Below are positions 39,861-54,800 of a stretch of DNA of 64,000 nt, piece after piece; within the stretch, counting starts at the first letter, position 1, and each line of letters starts with the position of its first letter. The translations under genes were made by a program, and so were the position numbers. Origin of the DNA: Cenarchaeum sp. (GTDB lineage: Archaea > Thermoproteota > Nitrososphaeria > Nitrososphaerales > Nitrosopumilaceae); assembly GCA_965242695.1 (NCBI GenBank), contig CBDESU010000001.1, positions 864,001 to 928,000 of the forward strand, given 5' to 3'. Under the pieces are notes generated by a model. The model made no database searches. It was not told the DNA's origin and saw only the letters and a program-made list of their open reading frames with translations.

Positions 39861-42800
39861 GTGGCCAGGCCTTCTAGGCCGCGCTTGGCCATGATCGGGG
39901 CGGCCGCGGCAAGCCTGGCCGCCATTGCAGCCGTGGCGGCGACGGCTGCCGTAGACGGCGGCGGGCAGGGAGCGATCCTGCGGGACAGCCCGCTGCTGCC
40001 AGAGGCGCACGCGCACTACGTCAGCTATCTCAATGCCGACGGGTACATCGTAGGGCCGCGGCAGGTCAACATCGTATTCACCACCTGGCTGCCCAACGTG
40101 GACGGCCTGCTCGACACCCCCACCATAAGCGACCACCGCTCGCGGGGGCAGGCTGCCTACCGCGGCGGCGGGGGCACGACGCACACGATTACGATGAGCG
40201 GCCCGGACATGCCGACGGACGCGACCGGCTCGGTGCAGATGCACTCGGGCACCATCCACTTCCAGGCGTTCGGCACGCACACCCACCATGTCGGAAATGC
40301 ATTCACCATTGCAATACACGACCGCCAGGCCCCCCATATCGACACCAGGGTGACCCCTACACTCGACCTGAGCGAGGGGACGTTCAAGTTCAGGTCGACC
40401 GAGCCGCTCAGGGTCAGCCCGGGCGGGACTACAGCGGCGCACGTGGGGCTGGCCGGCCTCGGCTCGCTCACGTCAGCCGACACGGTGTCCTTTAGGGGCG
40501 CCGACGTCACGATCGACCTGTCGACTGCGACGCACGAGAGACTCGACAGGGACGTCGGCAGATGGCCCCCGTCGAAGACGTCGACGACCATGAAGTTCAC
40601 GACGGTCGGCCTGCGCGAGATTCCGACGAGCCACGACGTCACGGCCCACAACCACCAGGGCTACGACCTCAACTCCGGCAGGTGGTGGCTGCCGATCACG
40701 GTCGTCCGCGACACGGTCCCGCCCGTGCTCGTGGGCAGCCCGCAGCTCGACTTCAACACTGGCGTGCTGACCATTACGCTCAGCGAGCCGGCCACCTACG
40801 TGTACATGCCATACCTGTTCCTCGAGGACCGGAACGGCGGCAGCCACCAGCACGTCGTCGGCGCGTCGTACCCGAGCGGCCTGGACTCGACGGTCGTGCC
40901 GATCACCCTGTCGGCATCGCAGCTCGAGAGGCTCTCGGCCATGTACGTCGCGACCGGCGGCCTGCGCCTCGACATGCACCACGGCACGGTAAGGGACGCG
41001 GCCGGCAACCGCAATGCGCACGTCGGCGACAGGGCGATCGACGTCACGCCCGACCGGACAAAGCCGGTGCTCGACGCAGGAAGGGCGCCTAGCGTCGACC
41101 TGTCGCGGCAGCGGATGACCGTGCACTTTGCAGAGGTCATGGACGTCTCGAGGACGGATCCCTCAAAGATACTCGTGTCAAACCAGGCGGGCGGCTCCGT
41201 CAGGCTTTCGGACGGGACCGTGTCTGGCCGCGACGGGAGGGCCGTCACGGTGTCGTTCCCGCCGGCGACAAAGGCGGAGATCGCCGATCTTGGCACCCCG
41301 CTGTTCATTGTGGCCGATGCCGACGCGTTCCGCGACATCCAGGGCAACGGGAACGCCCACATCCCGCAGGGGCAGGACTTTCGGGCGCCCGTCCCGTGGC
41401 TGTCGCCCGGCAGTTCGGGCCCCGTGCAGGCGTCCTACACGCGCGACACGTCGCGGCCGGGGATTGCATGGCACAGCCCCGCCCTAGACCTCGGCACGGG
41501 GCTGCTGACAATCCGGACGACCGACGTCGTCTACACGGATCGCATATACGCCCGGGGCTTCGTCCTGCACCTGGCCGACTCTGCCGATGCGCACCGCAGG
41601 ACGGACCTGTCGTTGGCCGGGGCCGGCGTGGCAAGTGCGGGGAACTACACGGGGACGATGGAGTTGAAGCTCACTGCATCCCAGAAGGCGGCCGCTGCCT
41701 CGGCATCGACCGACGGCGCCCCGTCCGCGCGCATTACAATCGGGGGCTGGGCGTACTCGGACTATCCCGAGGGGAACCACGGGTGGTACGCATCGGGCGC
41801 CGGCGCGCCCGTGGCGGTCTCGGCCGACCGCACGCCGCCGATGCTCGAATCGGATCCCGTCCTGAACCTGGACGACGGAACCGTGCGGCTAGAGTTTGAC
41901 GAGTACATCGATGCCTCGAGGATCAGCATGTCGGGAGTGGCCGTATCCGTATTCGCCAACGGCAGCGTGTTGCTGCCAGCGGGCGGCAGCCTGCTTCCGG
42001 AGGCAGAGCAGGCCGACGGCACGCTCGTCGTACTGGACATGACGGACGCGCTAGAGGATGCTGCGTACAATGCGCACGGGAACGGCTCGACCTTTACCTT
42101 GGAGGTGCCGGGCTCTGCGTTCTACGATATGTCGGGCAACGCGCTTGCCGCCGTGACAAACAGGAACGCGAGCGCGACGACCGGCCAGGCTGTGCTGGAG
42201 CTGGCATCGAGTGTACTTGATCTCGGCTCCGGCGAGCTCGCACTCGCGTTCAACCGCGATATCTCCGCGCCGGCGCCAGCCTCGCTGTCGGACATTGTGG
42301 TGGCCGGAGCATCGGACGGCGCGGGGCGGACCGACATGTCGGGCCTGCCCGTCAGCAGCATGGACAGCAACGTGTCGATCTCGCTGACGCCGGGCAAAAA
42401 GGCCGCGCTGGTGGCAGCCCACAACATGTCCGGAGGCCTGGTCATGTCGATCGGGCCCGACGTGTTCGCCGACGAGCACCACCACGCATTCAACGGGACG
42501 GCCAACGCGACTCTTGCGGTAGATGTGGACGACGTTCCGCCCAAGATTGTGGGGAGCCCAAGGCTGGACCCGTTCGCAGGCCGCCTGTCGATCGCGTTCG
42601 ACGAGTACATCGACATGGACCGGGTGGATCTGGGCCAGATCGTGCTGTACGGCGGAGGGCCGCCCGTGTCGCTGTCACGCGCCACGCTAGATCCCCTACT
42701 GGAGGTCAACGACGGCGACGAGCTCGTCGTGGCCCTGGAGCCGCTGCAGGTGCTCCAGATGCACCACGCGCGGCGCGCCAGTTCCGACGGCGTGCTGCGC

Positions 42801-45800
42801 GCCAACATTACCTCGTCTGCCGTGTACGACCTGTCGGGCAATGCGCTTGAAGGGATAACTGGCGAGCCCGTGTCTGTCGGTCGGTTCGAGGTTGGCGGAG
42901 GCGGATCCGGCACGAGTCCAAACCAGCAGGGCGGCGCCGGCCCGGCCTTTTCGGCCTCGTCGCCGCGCCTGGGGGCAGAGCCCGTCGGCGGCGCCTCGGC
43001 CTCGTTCGAAAAGATTCCGGGCTGGATTGGCGGGCTCGGCCCCGTCGGCGGGGACGGCGACTCGCCGGCGCCGCTCTACAACAATCATGAGCCGCAGCTT
43101 CCCCTGAAACAAATTCCATCGCCCATTCGACTCGACCTGAACACGGGGGTGCTGGTGGTGGAGCTTCGTGAGACCGCCTTTGTTAATCTGAGCGCCGTAG
43201 ACCTTTCGGGCGTTGTCATACACGGCAACGACGTGCACGTGTCCCTCGAAGGTGCATTCTTGGACATGACAGGCGCCACGGACCTGGGCTACGGCCTCTA
43301 TGCATCGACAGTGGTTGTGAACCTCACCGCGGCGCAAAAGGCGGCCGCCGTCGAGGCCGGCAGCGGCGCGGAGCTCAACATTGCGTACGGTGCGTTCAGC
43401 GGATTCATCACAGATGCCAGCATCACGAACAGGGCAATTGCCATAACGAGCGACACGACGCCGCCGGCCCTGCTGGCCGGCGCCAGCTCGCTCGACCTTG
43501 GGATCGGCCGGCTCGTACTCGCATTCGACGAACACATTGCGGCGCCCTCGGCCGTCAATCCGGCCGACTTTGACATCCTGCCCGCGGGCGGCGGCGATGC
43601 CGCGGCGGCTCGCATACACCTCGACGACGCAAGGTCGATCAGCGCATACAACGGCACCGTTGAAGTCGTACTGTCCGACTTCCAAAAGGCGCTCGTCGTC
43701 GGCGCGCGCGGCGGTCCGTCCTCGGCGACCGCGGGCAACGCGTCCGTCAGTACTATGGCCGTCGGAGCCGTGCGCGACGTGGCTGGCAATGCCCTGCCGG
43801 CCCTGGACGCCCTTTCCGTCAACACCCTTGCAGACGGAGCGGCGCCCGTGCTTGCCGCAGCCCCCCTCCTCAACCTGGCCACCGGCACGGTCATGCTTGA
43901 CTTTGACGAGTACGTCGGCGCCGCGGCCGGGATAGTGCCGGCGCAGGTCAGCGTGACGACGCAGGGCGGCCAGTCGATGTCATGGCAGCCGCAGTCCCTG
44001 ACGACGATGGAGAACGGCACGCGCCTCCAGTTCGCGTTCGGCGATGCGCAGACGGCGGCCCTTCGGCAGGCCAACGCGTCCGCGACGGCGCCGCTCTCCC
44101 TGGGCGTGGCCGCGGAAGCGGGGATTGCCGACTTGTCGGGAAACCCGTTTGCGCTGGCGGCAGCCAACCTTACCGCCGTGGATGACGCGACTCCGCCGGC
44201 CCTCGAGCCCGAGACGCTCCCCGTCCTGGACATCGGGCGCGGCACGATCACGATGCGGTTTACCGAGCACATCAAGGCCGGCGGGATCGACATATCTGGT
44301 ATGGCCGTCGAGGATGCCAGCGGAGCCTCACGCGTGCACCTGGCCGGCGCCGCCGTAAAGCCCCCTGTCGACCCATCCTCTCCGTACATTACAGAGGAAG
44401 ATGCATCCCTTGTCATCACCCTTACGGCGGCACAAAAGGGAGCCGTCGCCGCGGCCCAGGCGGCGGCAGGCCCCGTGAGGATCGATGCCCCGCCGTCTGC
44501 CATAACCGACACGGCCGGATTCTGGTTTGCCGGCATGTCCAACCACCCGCTCGACATCGTGCCAGACGCCGTGCCGCCCGCCGTTGCCGGCCCTCCGGCC
44601 CCGCTCCCGACCTTGGACATGGCGCGCGGCGTCCTCTCCGTACAGTTCGACGAGAGCATTGACGCCGGCACGGCCGACCCGTCAGCATTCACCCTGCACT
44701 CGCGGCCTGTCGGCGCCGATTCGGGCGCAGCCCCGACCGCGGTCCTGCTCGGCGCCGCTACCGTCCTGCCGGCCCGAGAAGGCGCCGATGCCACCGTGCT
44801 AGAGCTAGAGCTGACGGCGGCCCAGCTTGCCGCCGTGTCGGGCCTGGCCGGTTCCGCAGGGGCCCCCTCCGTCAACCTGACCATGGCGGACGGCGCGGTC
44901 CGCGACGTGTCCGGCAACGCGTTCGAGGCGTCCGACGTGGGCCCCATTGCGGCCACCGAGGACGACTCTTCGCCGATGCTGGCGGCCGAGCCCGTACTCG
45001 ACCTCGATGCCGGCACCGTCCTAGTACAGTTCAACGAGTACGTCAACGCGAGCGGCATCGACCTGTCCCGGGTGTCGCTGGTTGGGCTCGGTGCCGAGGC
45101 GGCACTCGTGCAGCTCGGCGCAGGCGGCGCCGGCGGGTCGGCGCAGGCGTCCGCACACGGCCAGTACATCGAGAGCGCCGGCGGGTCGGTACGCGCATCG
45201 GCGTCCGTCCTGGTGCAGATGACCGGAGAGCAAAAGGCGCTCGCCGCCCACGCGTCCGTCTCGGAGATCAGCATCGAGGAGGGCGCAGTCGACGACCTGT
45301 CGGCCAACGCCTTCGAGGGCATCGATGGGGCGTTGCTTGCCGTCATACCCGACGAGACGGCGCCCGCCCTGGCAGGGAACGGCACGTACCTGGACATGGG
45401 CGACGGCGTGCTACATGCCGTATTCAACGAGCACGTAGACCCAGCCACTATAGATCCGTCGTACATTGCACTGTCCATATCCCGCGCATCGGCCAACGGC
45501 TCGGCGCCCTCGATCACAAGCCTGGCAGGCGCCGAGCCACTGCGCTCGTCCCTGTACACGGCCGATGCATCGATACAGCTTACGACGGCGCAAAGGGCAG
45601 CCGTCCAGGATGCGATCAATGCGGCCGGCGACACGACGGACGCCGCGGCCATCGAGATACTCGTCCTGCCCGGCGGCGCCGCATCCGACCTGTCGGGCAA
45701 CGGCGCTGCGCGCAGCGCCGCCCCAGTGCAGCTGCGCGCCGACGGGACTGCGCCCGTCCGGCAGGGCGCCGCCGTCCTGAACCTGGCAGACGGGACGCTG

Positions 45801-48800
45801 ACGCTCAGCTTTGACGAGTACATCGACGCATCGTCTGCAAACGCATCGGCCATCGCAATAGAGGACCAGGCCGACGGCCAGCGCACCGTCCTTGACGGCG
45901 CATCGCTTGCGGACATATCAGACTCTGACCGCATCGTCGTCCTGCTCACCCCTGCCCAGCGGGCGGCAGCCCAGGCCGCAAACGCAAGCGCCAACGGCCC
46001 CGTGCGGATCGACATTGCGGCAGCGGGCCCCGCGTTCGGGGACCTTGCTGGAAACGCGTTCGGCGGCGCGTCCAACCTCAACGTCTCCACTACGAACGAC
46101 TCTGCCGATCCAGAACTGGTTGGCTCGCCGGCCCTGGATCTGAACTCTGCCGAGGCGACCCTGACGCTGCGGTTCGACAAGCGCATTCCGGCCGGAGCGG
46201 CCGATGCCTCTGGGATGTATATACAGGGAGCAGACGGGACGACGGGCACGACGAGCCTTGCAGGCGCGGCCGTGTCGCACCGGCAGGTGGCAGGCGGCGG
46301 ACAGGGAACCGACGTCGTGGTGCGCCTCACAGCGGCCCAAAAGGCGTCCGTCGTAGAGTCGTACCGGGCGACGGATGCGTCGGCGGCAACCCTTGACATC
46401 TCGCCGTCGGCGGTGGAGGACCAGTGGCACAACCGGTTCGCAGGACGGGCTGCCGAACCGCTAAACGTCACGGCCGACGCGACGCCTCCGGTAATGATCG
46501 GCGCCCCCGTGGTCGACCTTGGAGCCGGCACCGTTCGCATATCCTTTGACGAGTACGTCCGCGCCTCGAGTATCAACGCGTCCGCCTTGTCGTTCCTGAC
46601 AGGCGGCACGGCGACTACCCTTGCCGGCGCGCACACGCTCACAAGCGTGGATGGCTTGTCAATCCTGCTTGAAATGACCGCGGACCAAAAGGCCGCGGCC
46701 GAGGCCGAGTTCAATGGGGCCGGATACCTGACCGTCACGGCCGGCGCGTCGCTCGTGTCCGACATTGCCACCAATCCGTTCAACCCGGGCGTTCCTGCCG
46801 CAAACGCGACCGTGCATCCCGACTCCAAGCCGCCAGCGCTCCTGCAGGCGCCGCCGCCGTCGCTCGACCTCGGCACCGGCCTGCTCGTACTCGAGTTTGA
46901 CGAGCACGTCGACGTATCCGAGGCCAAGGCGTCGGCCGCCTCGATCGTCCTGCCGCCCGCGCCTTCGTCGTCCGGCAGAACCGCCCCGCATCCGGTCGGC
47001 CTGTCCGGCGCGTCGGTCGCCTCAAGTAGCGACGGCCAGCGCGTCGAGATCGAGCTGACCGCGGGCCAGAGGGGCCTCTTGATCGCAGGCGGCGCCGCAT
47101 CGCCCGGACATGCGGGCGCACAGCTCCGCCTCGGCCAGGGATTCGTCTTGGACCTGGGCGAAAACCCGACCGCGGCCGTCCAGGCGGTTCGCATCGACGT
47201 ATCCCCGGACGGCGCCGCCCCGTCGCTGGACCCCGAGGCGCCGCCGACGCTCGACCTTGGCAGCGGCGCGCTGCGCATTGCATTCACAGAGCAGGTCGAC
47301 CCCGCAGAATCCGACCTCGCGCGCCTGTCGATTGCGGTCTCTGCATCTGCCGATGCGCCGCGCGTACAGCTCGCATCGGCGCACGTTGAGCCTAGGGACG
47401 GCGGTACTACGGTCCTCACGTTGCTGCTCACGCGCGACGAAAAGGGATCCCTCCTGGCATCATCCCAGGGAGGCGGCGGCATGCTGGACGAGGCCCGCCT
47501 CTACGTCGGCACCGGCGCATTCTCAGACCTGTCGGGCAATGCGATCGCAGCCTCGGAAGAGGCCGTATCCGTCTCGGCCGACACAACCCGCCCGCTGCTC
47601 GACCGCTCGGCCGATCCGCTCTACAACTCGGCCCGCTCGACGATCGAGTTCGACTTTGACGAGTATGTCGATGCGGCGGCGGCCGATCCGTCCAAGATTA
47701 CGGTGCGGTCGTACGCCTCGTCGCCTCCCGTATCCATCGCACTGGACGCCTCGTCGCCCGTGGCGCCTGCCGAGGAGGGCCGAACCGGCTCTTGGCACCG
47801 CATCGCCGTCGACCTGGCCGGCACGCCGCAGGCCGATGCGGTAGCGGATGCGGTTGCGGCAGCCGGCGCCGGCGGCGCCGGCCAGCTCCGCATCGACGTC
47901 GAGCGCGGCGCATTCTCGGACCTGTCGGGCAACGAATTTGCCTGGATCGGCAACCACACCCTTGCAACAGCCGACGATGCCCTGGTGCCGGCCCTTGTGG
48001 GCCCTCCCTCGCTCGACCTGGGCTCGGGCGTGCTGACGCTCCGGTTCGGCGAACCCGTGCTTGCCGCGCCCGGCGTACTCCAGACCTCGGACATTCTCAT
48101 CGGCGGCCCGAACGGCTCCGATCCCATTGCCCTAGACCGGTCCCGGGTCGTCGCGCAGGACACCGGCCGCACGGGCGCCTCGCCGCTCGCAGAGATCTCG
48201 CTTGACGCGCACGACCTTGCGCGCGCAAGGGCGCTGTACCTGGACAGTGCTGGCACAATGACGATAACCGTCCCGGCAGCCGACATTCGCGACCGCGCGT
48301 ACAACGAGTTTGCGGGTCTCGACAGGGCGCACCTTGACGTCGTGCCAGACGCGGCCGGCCCATCCCTCGCGTCCGCAGCCCGCCCCGTCCTGGACATGGC
48401 AGCCGGCATCCTGTCCGTGCCGTTCGACGAGGGCATCGATGCGGCGCGCATCGACCCGTCGGGGATAACGCTGCGGCTTGCCGGCGGGGGCGCGGCCGGC
48501 ACGGTCCTTGCGGGCGGCCACGCGTATGCGGCGGCGGGAGGCGGAGGAAGCGATATCGCCCCAACGGCAGTCGTCGTAGAGCTCTCGCACGCCCAAAAGG
48601 CGGCGCTTGCCGCCGATGCCGAGGCGGCCGAGGCGTCCTCGAACGCCGATCCCCGCATATCGATCGCCGCCGGCTCGTTCTACGACGTGTCGGGCAACGC
48701 GGCGCCCGCAGTAGATCTCGCCCGGCTGTCGGTCGTGCCCGACGACCGCCCGCCGGCCGTCGACGCGGCGGCCGCGCCGGTCCTGGACCTCGGCGGGCGC

Positions 48801-51800
48801 ACGCTCGAGATACACTTTGACGAGTACGTCCACGCCGCGGCCTCGAACCTGTCGCTGATCGACGCGTCCGTAATCGATGGCTCGGGCGACGGAGACGGCA
48901 GGCACCGCATTCCGCTCGATGCGGCCAGGATCGAACCGTCCTCCTCGGACGACACCGATACGGTCAGGATCCTCCTGACCGCGAGCCATGCCGCGGCCCT
49001 GGCGACGGCCGTCGAGTCGTCGGCCCTGATCGGGTTTGGCGACCCCGCCCTACTTGTAATCTCGGACGGCGCCGTCGCCGACCTGTCGGGCAACGCGATC
49101 GCCGGCCCCGCCGGCGGCGCCGGCACGACAGCCCGCCTGGCCGTCATACCCGACGGCGCCCCGCCGGCGCTGGATCCTGCGCGCCCGCCCGTCCTCGACA
49201 TGTCCGCCGGCGCGCTGACCGTATGGCTCGACGAGCACGTCGATGCGGGCGCGGCCGACCTGTCGCGCCTAGACCTGGCGGCTGCAAACGGAGACAGCGG
49301 GGACCTGATCCCGACCATATCGCTAGCCGGCGCGGCCGTCGCTGGCCCGTCGCTCGGTTCGCACGGCACCGATACGGTCGTTGTCAGGCTCACGCACGTG
49401 CAAAAGGCGTGGGCCGCAGCGGCCCTTGCGCCGGACGGCGCCGCCATCACCATGGCCGCATCGGCAGGCGCCCTCTACGACCTGTCGGGCAACGCAATGC
49501 CGGCCACCGCCGCCGCATCGCCCGTACGGGTCGCCGCCCTGGCCGACACTGCAGGGCCGCAGCTTGACGGGCTGCCGGTGCTCAATCTTGCACTGGGAAC
49601 GCTCATGTTCGACCTGGACGAGTTTGCCGATGCGACGCAGGTCGCAGCCTCTGGCATGTCCGTCGAGGGCGCCGATGCCGCAAACTCCACAATGCTGGCA
49701 GGCGCGGCAGTCTCGGACGTGCCGCACGGCGCCGACGCCGGACTGCCCGACACGTACTCTGACCGCATAATCGTCGCCCCGACGGCGGCGCAGAACGCAT
49801 CCATCCAGGCGTACGCGCAGCCGATCCGACTCGCAGACCTTCCGGCCGGCTCGCTATCCGACCTTGCCGGCAACGGCATCGAGCGGCTCGTCCAGGTTCC
49901 AATGGTCCACACGAACGACACGTCCGGCCCCGCCCTGGAGAGCGTCAAGGTCGACCTGCGCGACGGCGACGTCATGCTCGGGTTCAACGAGGACATCGAC
50001 GCGGCCGGCGCCGTCCTATCGCACATGAGCCTGTCTCCGCTAGGCTCCGACCCCTCCTCCTACTACCTCGCCGGCGCCGACCTCCTGCTGCCGCCGGGCG
50101 GCGCCCAGACCGACCGGATGGAGCTGCGCCTGTCTGGCGCGCTAAAGGCCTCTGTGGCGCTTGCGTACGCCGCATCGGGCAGCCTTGCATTCGCGGCGCC
50201 GGAAGGAGCCGTCGACGATCCGTTCGGCAACCACGCGGCCATGCTCAACATGACAGCGAACGTCACCGTGGACAACCACCCGCCCATGCTCCTGCAGTCC
50301 TGCCCGCAGGCGCCCGTCCTCGACTTGGGATCGGGCGTCCTGACGCTGCGGTTCGACGAATACGTATCCACGGCGGGCATCGACCCGTCGGCCATATCGG
50401 TGCGCGGCATTGAAGGAGGCGCCGCACCGCCCGAGGCCGTCGCGCTGGCCGGCTCGGAGGTCGAGGCGGGAACCGGCGCCCTTGCAGCGGCATCTGGCAC
50501 GTACTCGGATATGGTCGTCGTCTCTCTGTCCCCCGCGAAAAAGGCGGCCACCGTGCAGTCCGTCGGGTACGACTCGCTAGCCGCCCGGCTCGACATCGGC
50601 GCATCGGCGTCCATAGCAGACCCGTCGGCCGTGCAGCTTGCGGCCGTCCAGAATGCGCCCCTGCTCGTCCGCCCAGACCACGCCCCGCCCCATATAGTGG
50701 CAGGCCGCACTGTCCTGGACCTGGCCGCCGGCACGCTCGTCGTCGCCCTTGACGAGCACGTCCTGCCCGGCCGCGCCGACGCATCGCGCATTACGATATC
50801 CGGGACGGCCACGGGCGCGGCAGCCGTCCGGCTCGCCGGCGCCACTGTGTCGGCGGCGGCAGGGTCGTCAGACACGGTCACGTTCAAACTGACCGGCGCG
50901 CAGGCGGCCGCCGCGGCCGCGGCCACCATGATGGAGCCCGCGTCCGGATCCGGCGGCAATGCGCCCCGCCACGAGGCATCGCTGCGCATCGATGCCGGCG
51001 CGTTTGTCGATCCGTCGGGCAACACGTTTGCCGGCGCAGCCGACGTCCGCCCAGCTATGACGCTGCCTCCCGTGTCCGTACTCGGCGCGTCCGTCGAGTC
51101 GCCAGAGGCCGTCCTGGTCAGATATACGCACAACCTCACGTCTTCGTCCGCCGCCTCGGACTATTCCCTCACGATCAACGGCGCGCAGCGCGCAGTGTCT
51201 GGCGTCGGCGGCTCGGGAACGGCATCGCACACCGTAGGGTTCGGGCCGGCCGCCGCGTCCCCCGACGCGGCCGGCGTGCTCGACATTGGCAGGCTTGCCG
51301 GCGGCATCGGCTCGACCCTGTACGAGTTTTCGGGCGCGCAGGACGTCCCCGTATCAGACGGGCAGGGGCCGTCGGCGCTGTCCGCATTCGCCGTGAACGC
51401 CTCTGCGCTTACGATCAGCTTTGACGAGGCCGTCGCCGGCGTCGACCCGTCCGACTTTGCTTCCGTCTCTCCGCTGGGCGGCGGCGCCCCGGCCTCGGCC
51501 GTCTCTGTCGCCGGCTCGGGCGCCTCGCGCCTGGTGGTCCTTGACGAAGAGATATTCGCGGCCGGCGCAGGCGGAACGATCGACGGCGTGCCGGCAGGTG
51601 CGTACGAGGATGCGGCCGGAAACCCTGGATCCGCAATCGACGGCCTGCCCGTGTCGGCGCCCTCGGGATCCGTTCGTACCGAGGGGACGGCCCCCGTCTA
51701 CCTGGCCGCCGGCACGCTCGTGCGCAACGTCTCGGGCGCCTCGCCGTCGATCGACCTGTCGGGCCTAGGCAGCTCGTTCCCCCGTACGGGCGACTTTGTA

Positions 51801-54800
51801 CTGTCCGCCGACGGCCTGGCGACGGTCACGTTCGCCGCCGGCACGATGGTATCGGGCCTCCCCGCCGGCGCCGCTCCGGTCGTCACGGTCTCGGCGGCCA
51901 ACCGCACCGTCCCCGACCGCTCGGTGATCGGCGCCGGCCAGCTCGTGCTCGTAGAGGTCGGAAGCGCATCGGCCGACATCGTGCTTGACAGGCCGGCTCG
52001 CATCGAGCTTGCCGGGGCGGCCGGCTATGCGGCGTTCTGGATGGATGCGGCAGGCACGGTCTCGCTCATCGACCGCGTGTGCACGGAGGACTCGCTCGCG
52101 GCGGCAGAGGCGCAGCTCGGCGCCGGAGAAGAGTGCGCAATCGATGCCGGCGGCAGCAAGGCGATCTACACGTACCACCTCTCCATATTCGGCGCCGTGG
52201 CGCCGCCGTCGACCACGCCACAAGCTCCGGGCGCCGGAACCTGCGCGCCAAACCCGTCCGACTGCCTGTACGTGGCGGCCACCGCCGCCACCGCGGCCCC
52301 GGCCTCCGTCGGCGGCTTTGCCGCCACGGCCGGCGCGCCGGCTGCAGTCAGCCCGTACGACGGCATGCTGTACGCGGCCGGCCCGGCAACGAACCGCTCG
52401 CTCGGCGAGTCCGTGTACGTCCTTGATCCGTCCCGGGGCCACGCCGTCGTCGACGAGATCGGCCTGCAGACCGACCCCGAGCACCCTGCCAGGATGCGCG
52501 TCCTTGGCATCGCCCCCGACATGTCGTCGGACTCGCCGCTCATGCGCGCGACCGCCATGCGCGAGTCTTCCGAGCCGCCCGTGCGCGAGCTCCCGATGAT
52601 CCTTGTCATTGATGCGTCCGACCGCACGCTTGCCAGGCACGGGGCCATCCTGTACACCGACCAGGCCGGCCGAACTGTAGAGTCCGGCGTGCCGGCCCTG
52701 CTGGCTGCGGCCGGAGGCGGCGCCTCTGCCCTCGACGGCCTGGCGTACGTCGGCATGCAGACCATGCCTTCCGGCGTGTCCGCGATGCGGCTTGACGGCG
52801 GCCCCGTCCTGCTCGTCAACACGACGGGCGAATCGGCGCGCGTCGAGCCCATGTACGTGCCGGGCGGGCCCGAGGGCGTGCCGGCGTTCCCGTCGCCGGA
52901 TGCCGGCGGCTACTACTATCCGCGCGAGGGCTGGCAGCCGACCGCAATGGCCGCCGACGGCCAGACGCTCTACATGGTCGGCGCCGCATGGCAGAGCGGC
53001 CCGGCCGCCGAGCCGTCGTCGAATACATTCGGCCTGCTCACGCTGTCGTTTGCCTCCAACGGCAGCGCCGGCGGCGGAGACGGCGGACAAGAGGTGACCA
53101 CGCCTCGCTACGCGCTTGCCGGCGCCGTCGAGCTCGCCAGCCTCCCGGATGCAGAGGCGGACAACTCCTCGTTCACGGCAGCCGGCATGGTCCTTGACCC
53201 GGTGCGGTCGAGGCTGTACGTCCAGTACGGCAACGGCACGATCGCATCGTACGCACTAGGGCCGGCAGGGGACGGCCAGGCCCGCCTCCCGTCGCTCCTG
53301 CACGTGGTCGGCACGGCGGCCGACCCGCGCGGCCTTGCACTCGATGCCGCCACGGGCATACTGTACGCGGCCGCCGGCGACTCGGTCCTCGTATACAACG
53401 CATCAAACAGCCGCCGCATCGCGACCGTAGAAATCGGGCCAGGCGGCGCCGCCGGCCTGTCCGTCTCGCCCGTTGTCCCGCAGGGCGCAGGCGCCGCCCC
53501 CGTCTATGCGATCCCCGCAGTCCAGGGCGATCCGCTTCGCATCATTAGCGCAATCGACGGCCCGCCCCTCGTAGCCGCCGTCTCGGCGCAGGCAGGCTCG
53601 TACGGAACAGGCTCGTCCGTTCCGATCTCGATCGCATTCACGCAGGAAGTCGTCGTCTCTGGAGGCAATCCGGCGCTGGCGCTCGACGTACGGCGCGCCG
53701 CAGACTCGCCCCCGGCGGCCGCCCTGTACCAGGGCGGCTCGGGAACGCGCACCCTTGAATTCTCGTATGCAGTAGCGGCAGGCGACATGTCCGACGACCT
53801 CATGTACGCCGGCACGGACGCCCTGTCGCTGCCGGCCGGAGCGTCGATTGCGGGCGCCGCCGGCGACATGGAGGATGCCGTGCTGGCGCTTCCGGCCCCG
53901 GGCCCCATGGGAGGCGCCGGCGGAGCGGTGCGCATCGACGCGGACGATCCGGCCCAGGCGCCGCCCGTCGTAGTCGTGTCTACTCCCGCCGCCGCCGGAC
54001 CTGGCGGCCCGGCAGGATTCTTCGGCGGCAGTGGTAGTGGCGGCGGAGGCGGGGGAGGCAGCGGCGGCCGAACCGGCCTTGCAGTCGGTGCCGGCCCTGC
54101 CCTTGAAGTCTCGTCCGTATCGTGGGACTGCGACCGGGGCCTGGCCTGGATAACCCTCGGCGGCCTGCCAGCCGGCGCCCCTGCACTTCCCGACGTGAGC
54201 ATACTTGCATCGTCTGGCACGACTGCGGCGCGCGTTGCGTCGGCTGCCTCTGGGCAGGCGACGTACGAGGCCGACCTGCCCGAGGACGAGGTATTCCTTG
54301 TCCGCGCCGTCGCTGTCGACGGGCGCGAGGCCGCATCCGTCTCAAAGACCGTCCGCACGGGCGGGCAGTGCGCGGGCGAGGCCGTCTTCGGCTCTGGGGC
54401 GGGCAGTGCGCCGCCTGCGGCGGCGCCCCCGTCCGCGGATGCGGCCGCGGCGGGCGACGAGTCGGCGGTCGACCCTGCGGGGGATGCGGGCATGGCAGAG
54501 GCAGAGCCGCCTAGCGGCGCCGATGCGGCAGCGGATGCTGCCGCTGGCGAAGACCGCGGGCAGGCTGCGCCCGAGCCGGCGCCCGAGCCCGAGCCGCGGG
54601 AAGAGGCAGAGGCTGCGGAGGCAGGGGCGGATGCTGTGCCGGCCGAGCAGGACGAGCCGCAGGCGCAGCCAGGGCGAGATCCCGCACAGCCGGCAACGGC
54701 GGAGCCCGCACCGGAGGATGCCACTGCCGCCAGCGACGACGGAGGCGGCGGCTGCCTTGTCGCAACGGCCGCGTACGGGACAGAGCTTGCCCCGCAGGTA

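Noticed and set aside
43298-47482. 1394-aa minus-strand ORF and the other long antisense ORFs within the giant genes
   Set aside because: Shadow frames produced by GC-rich codon usage; Ser/Ala/Pro-biased with no motifs.
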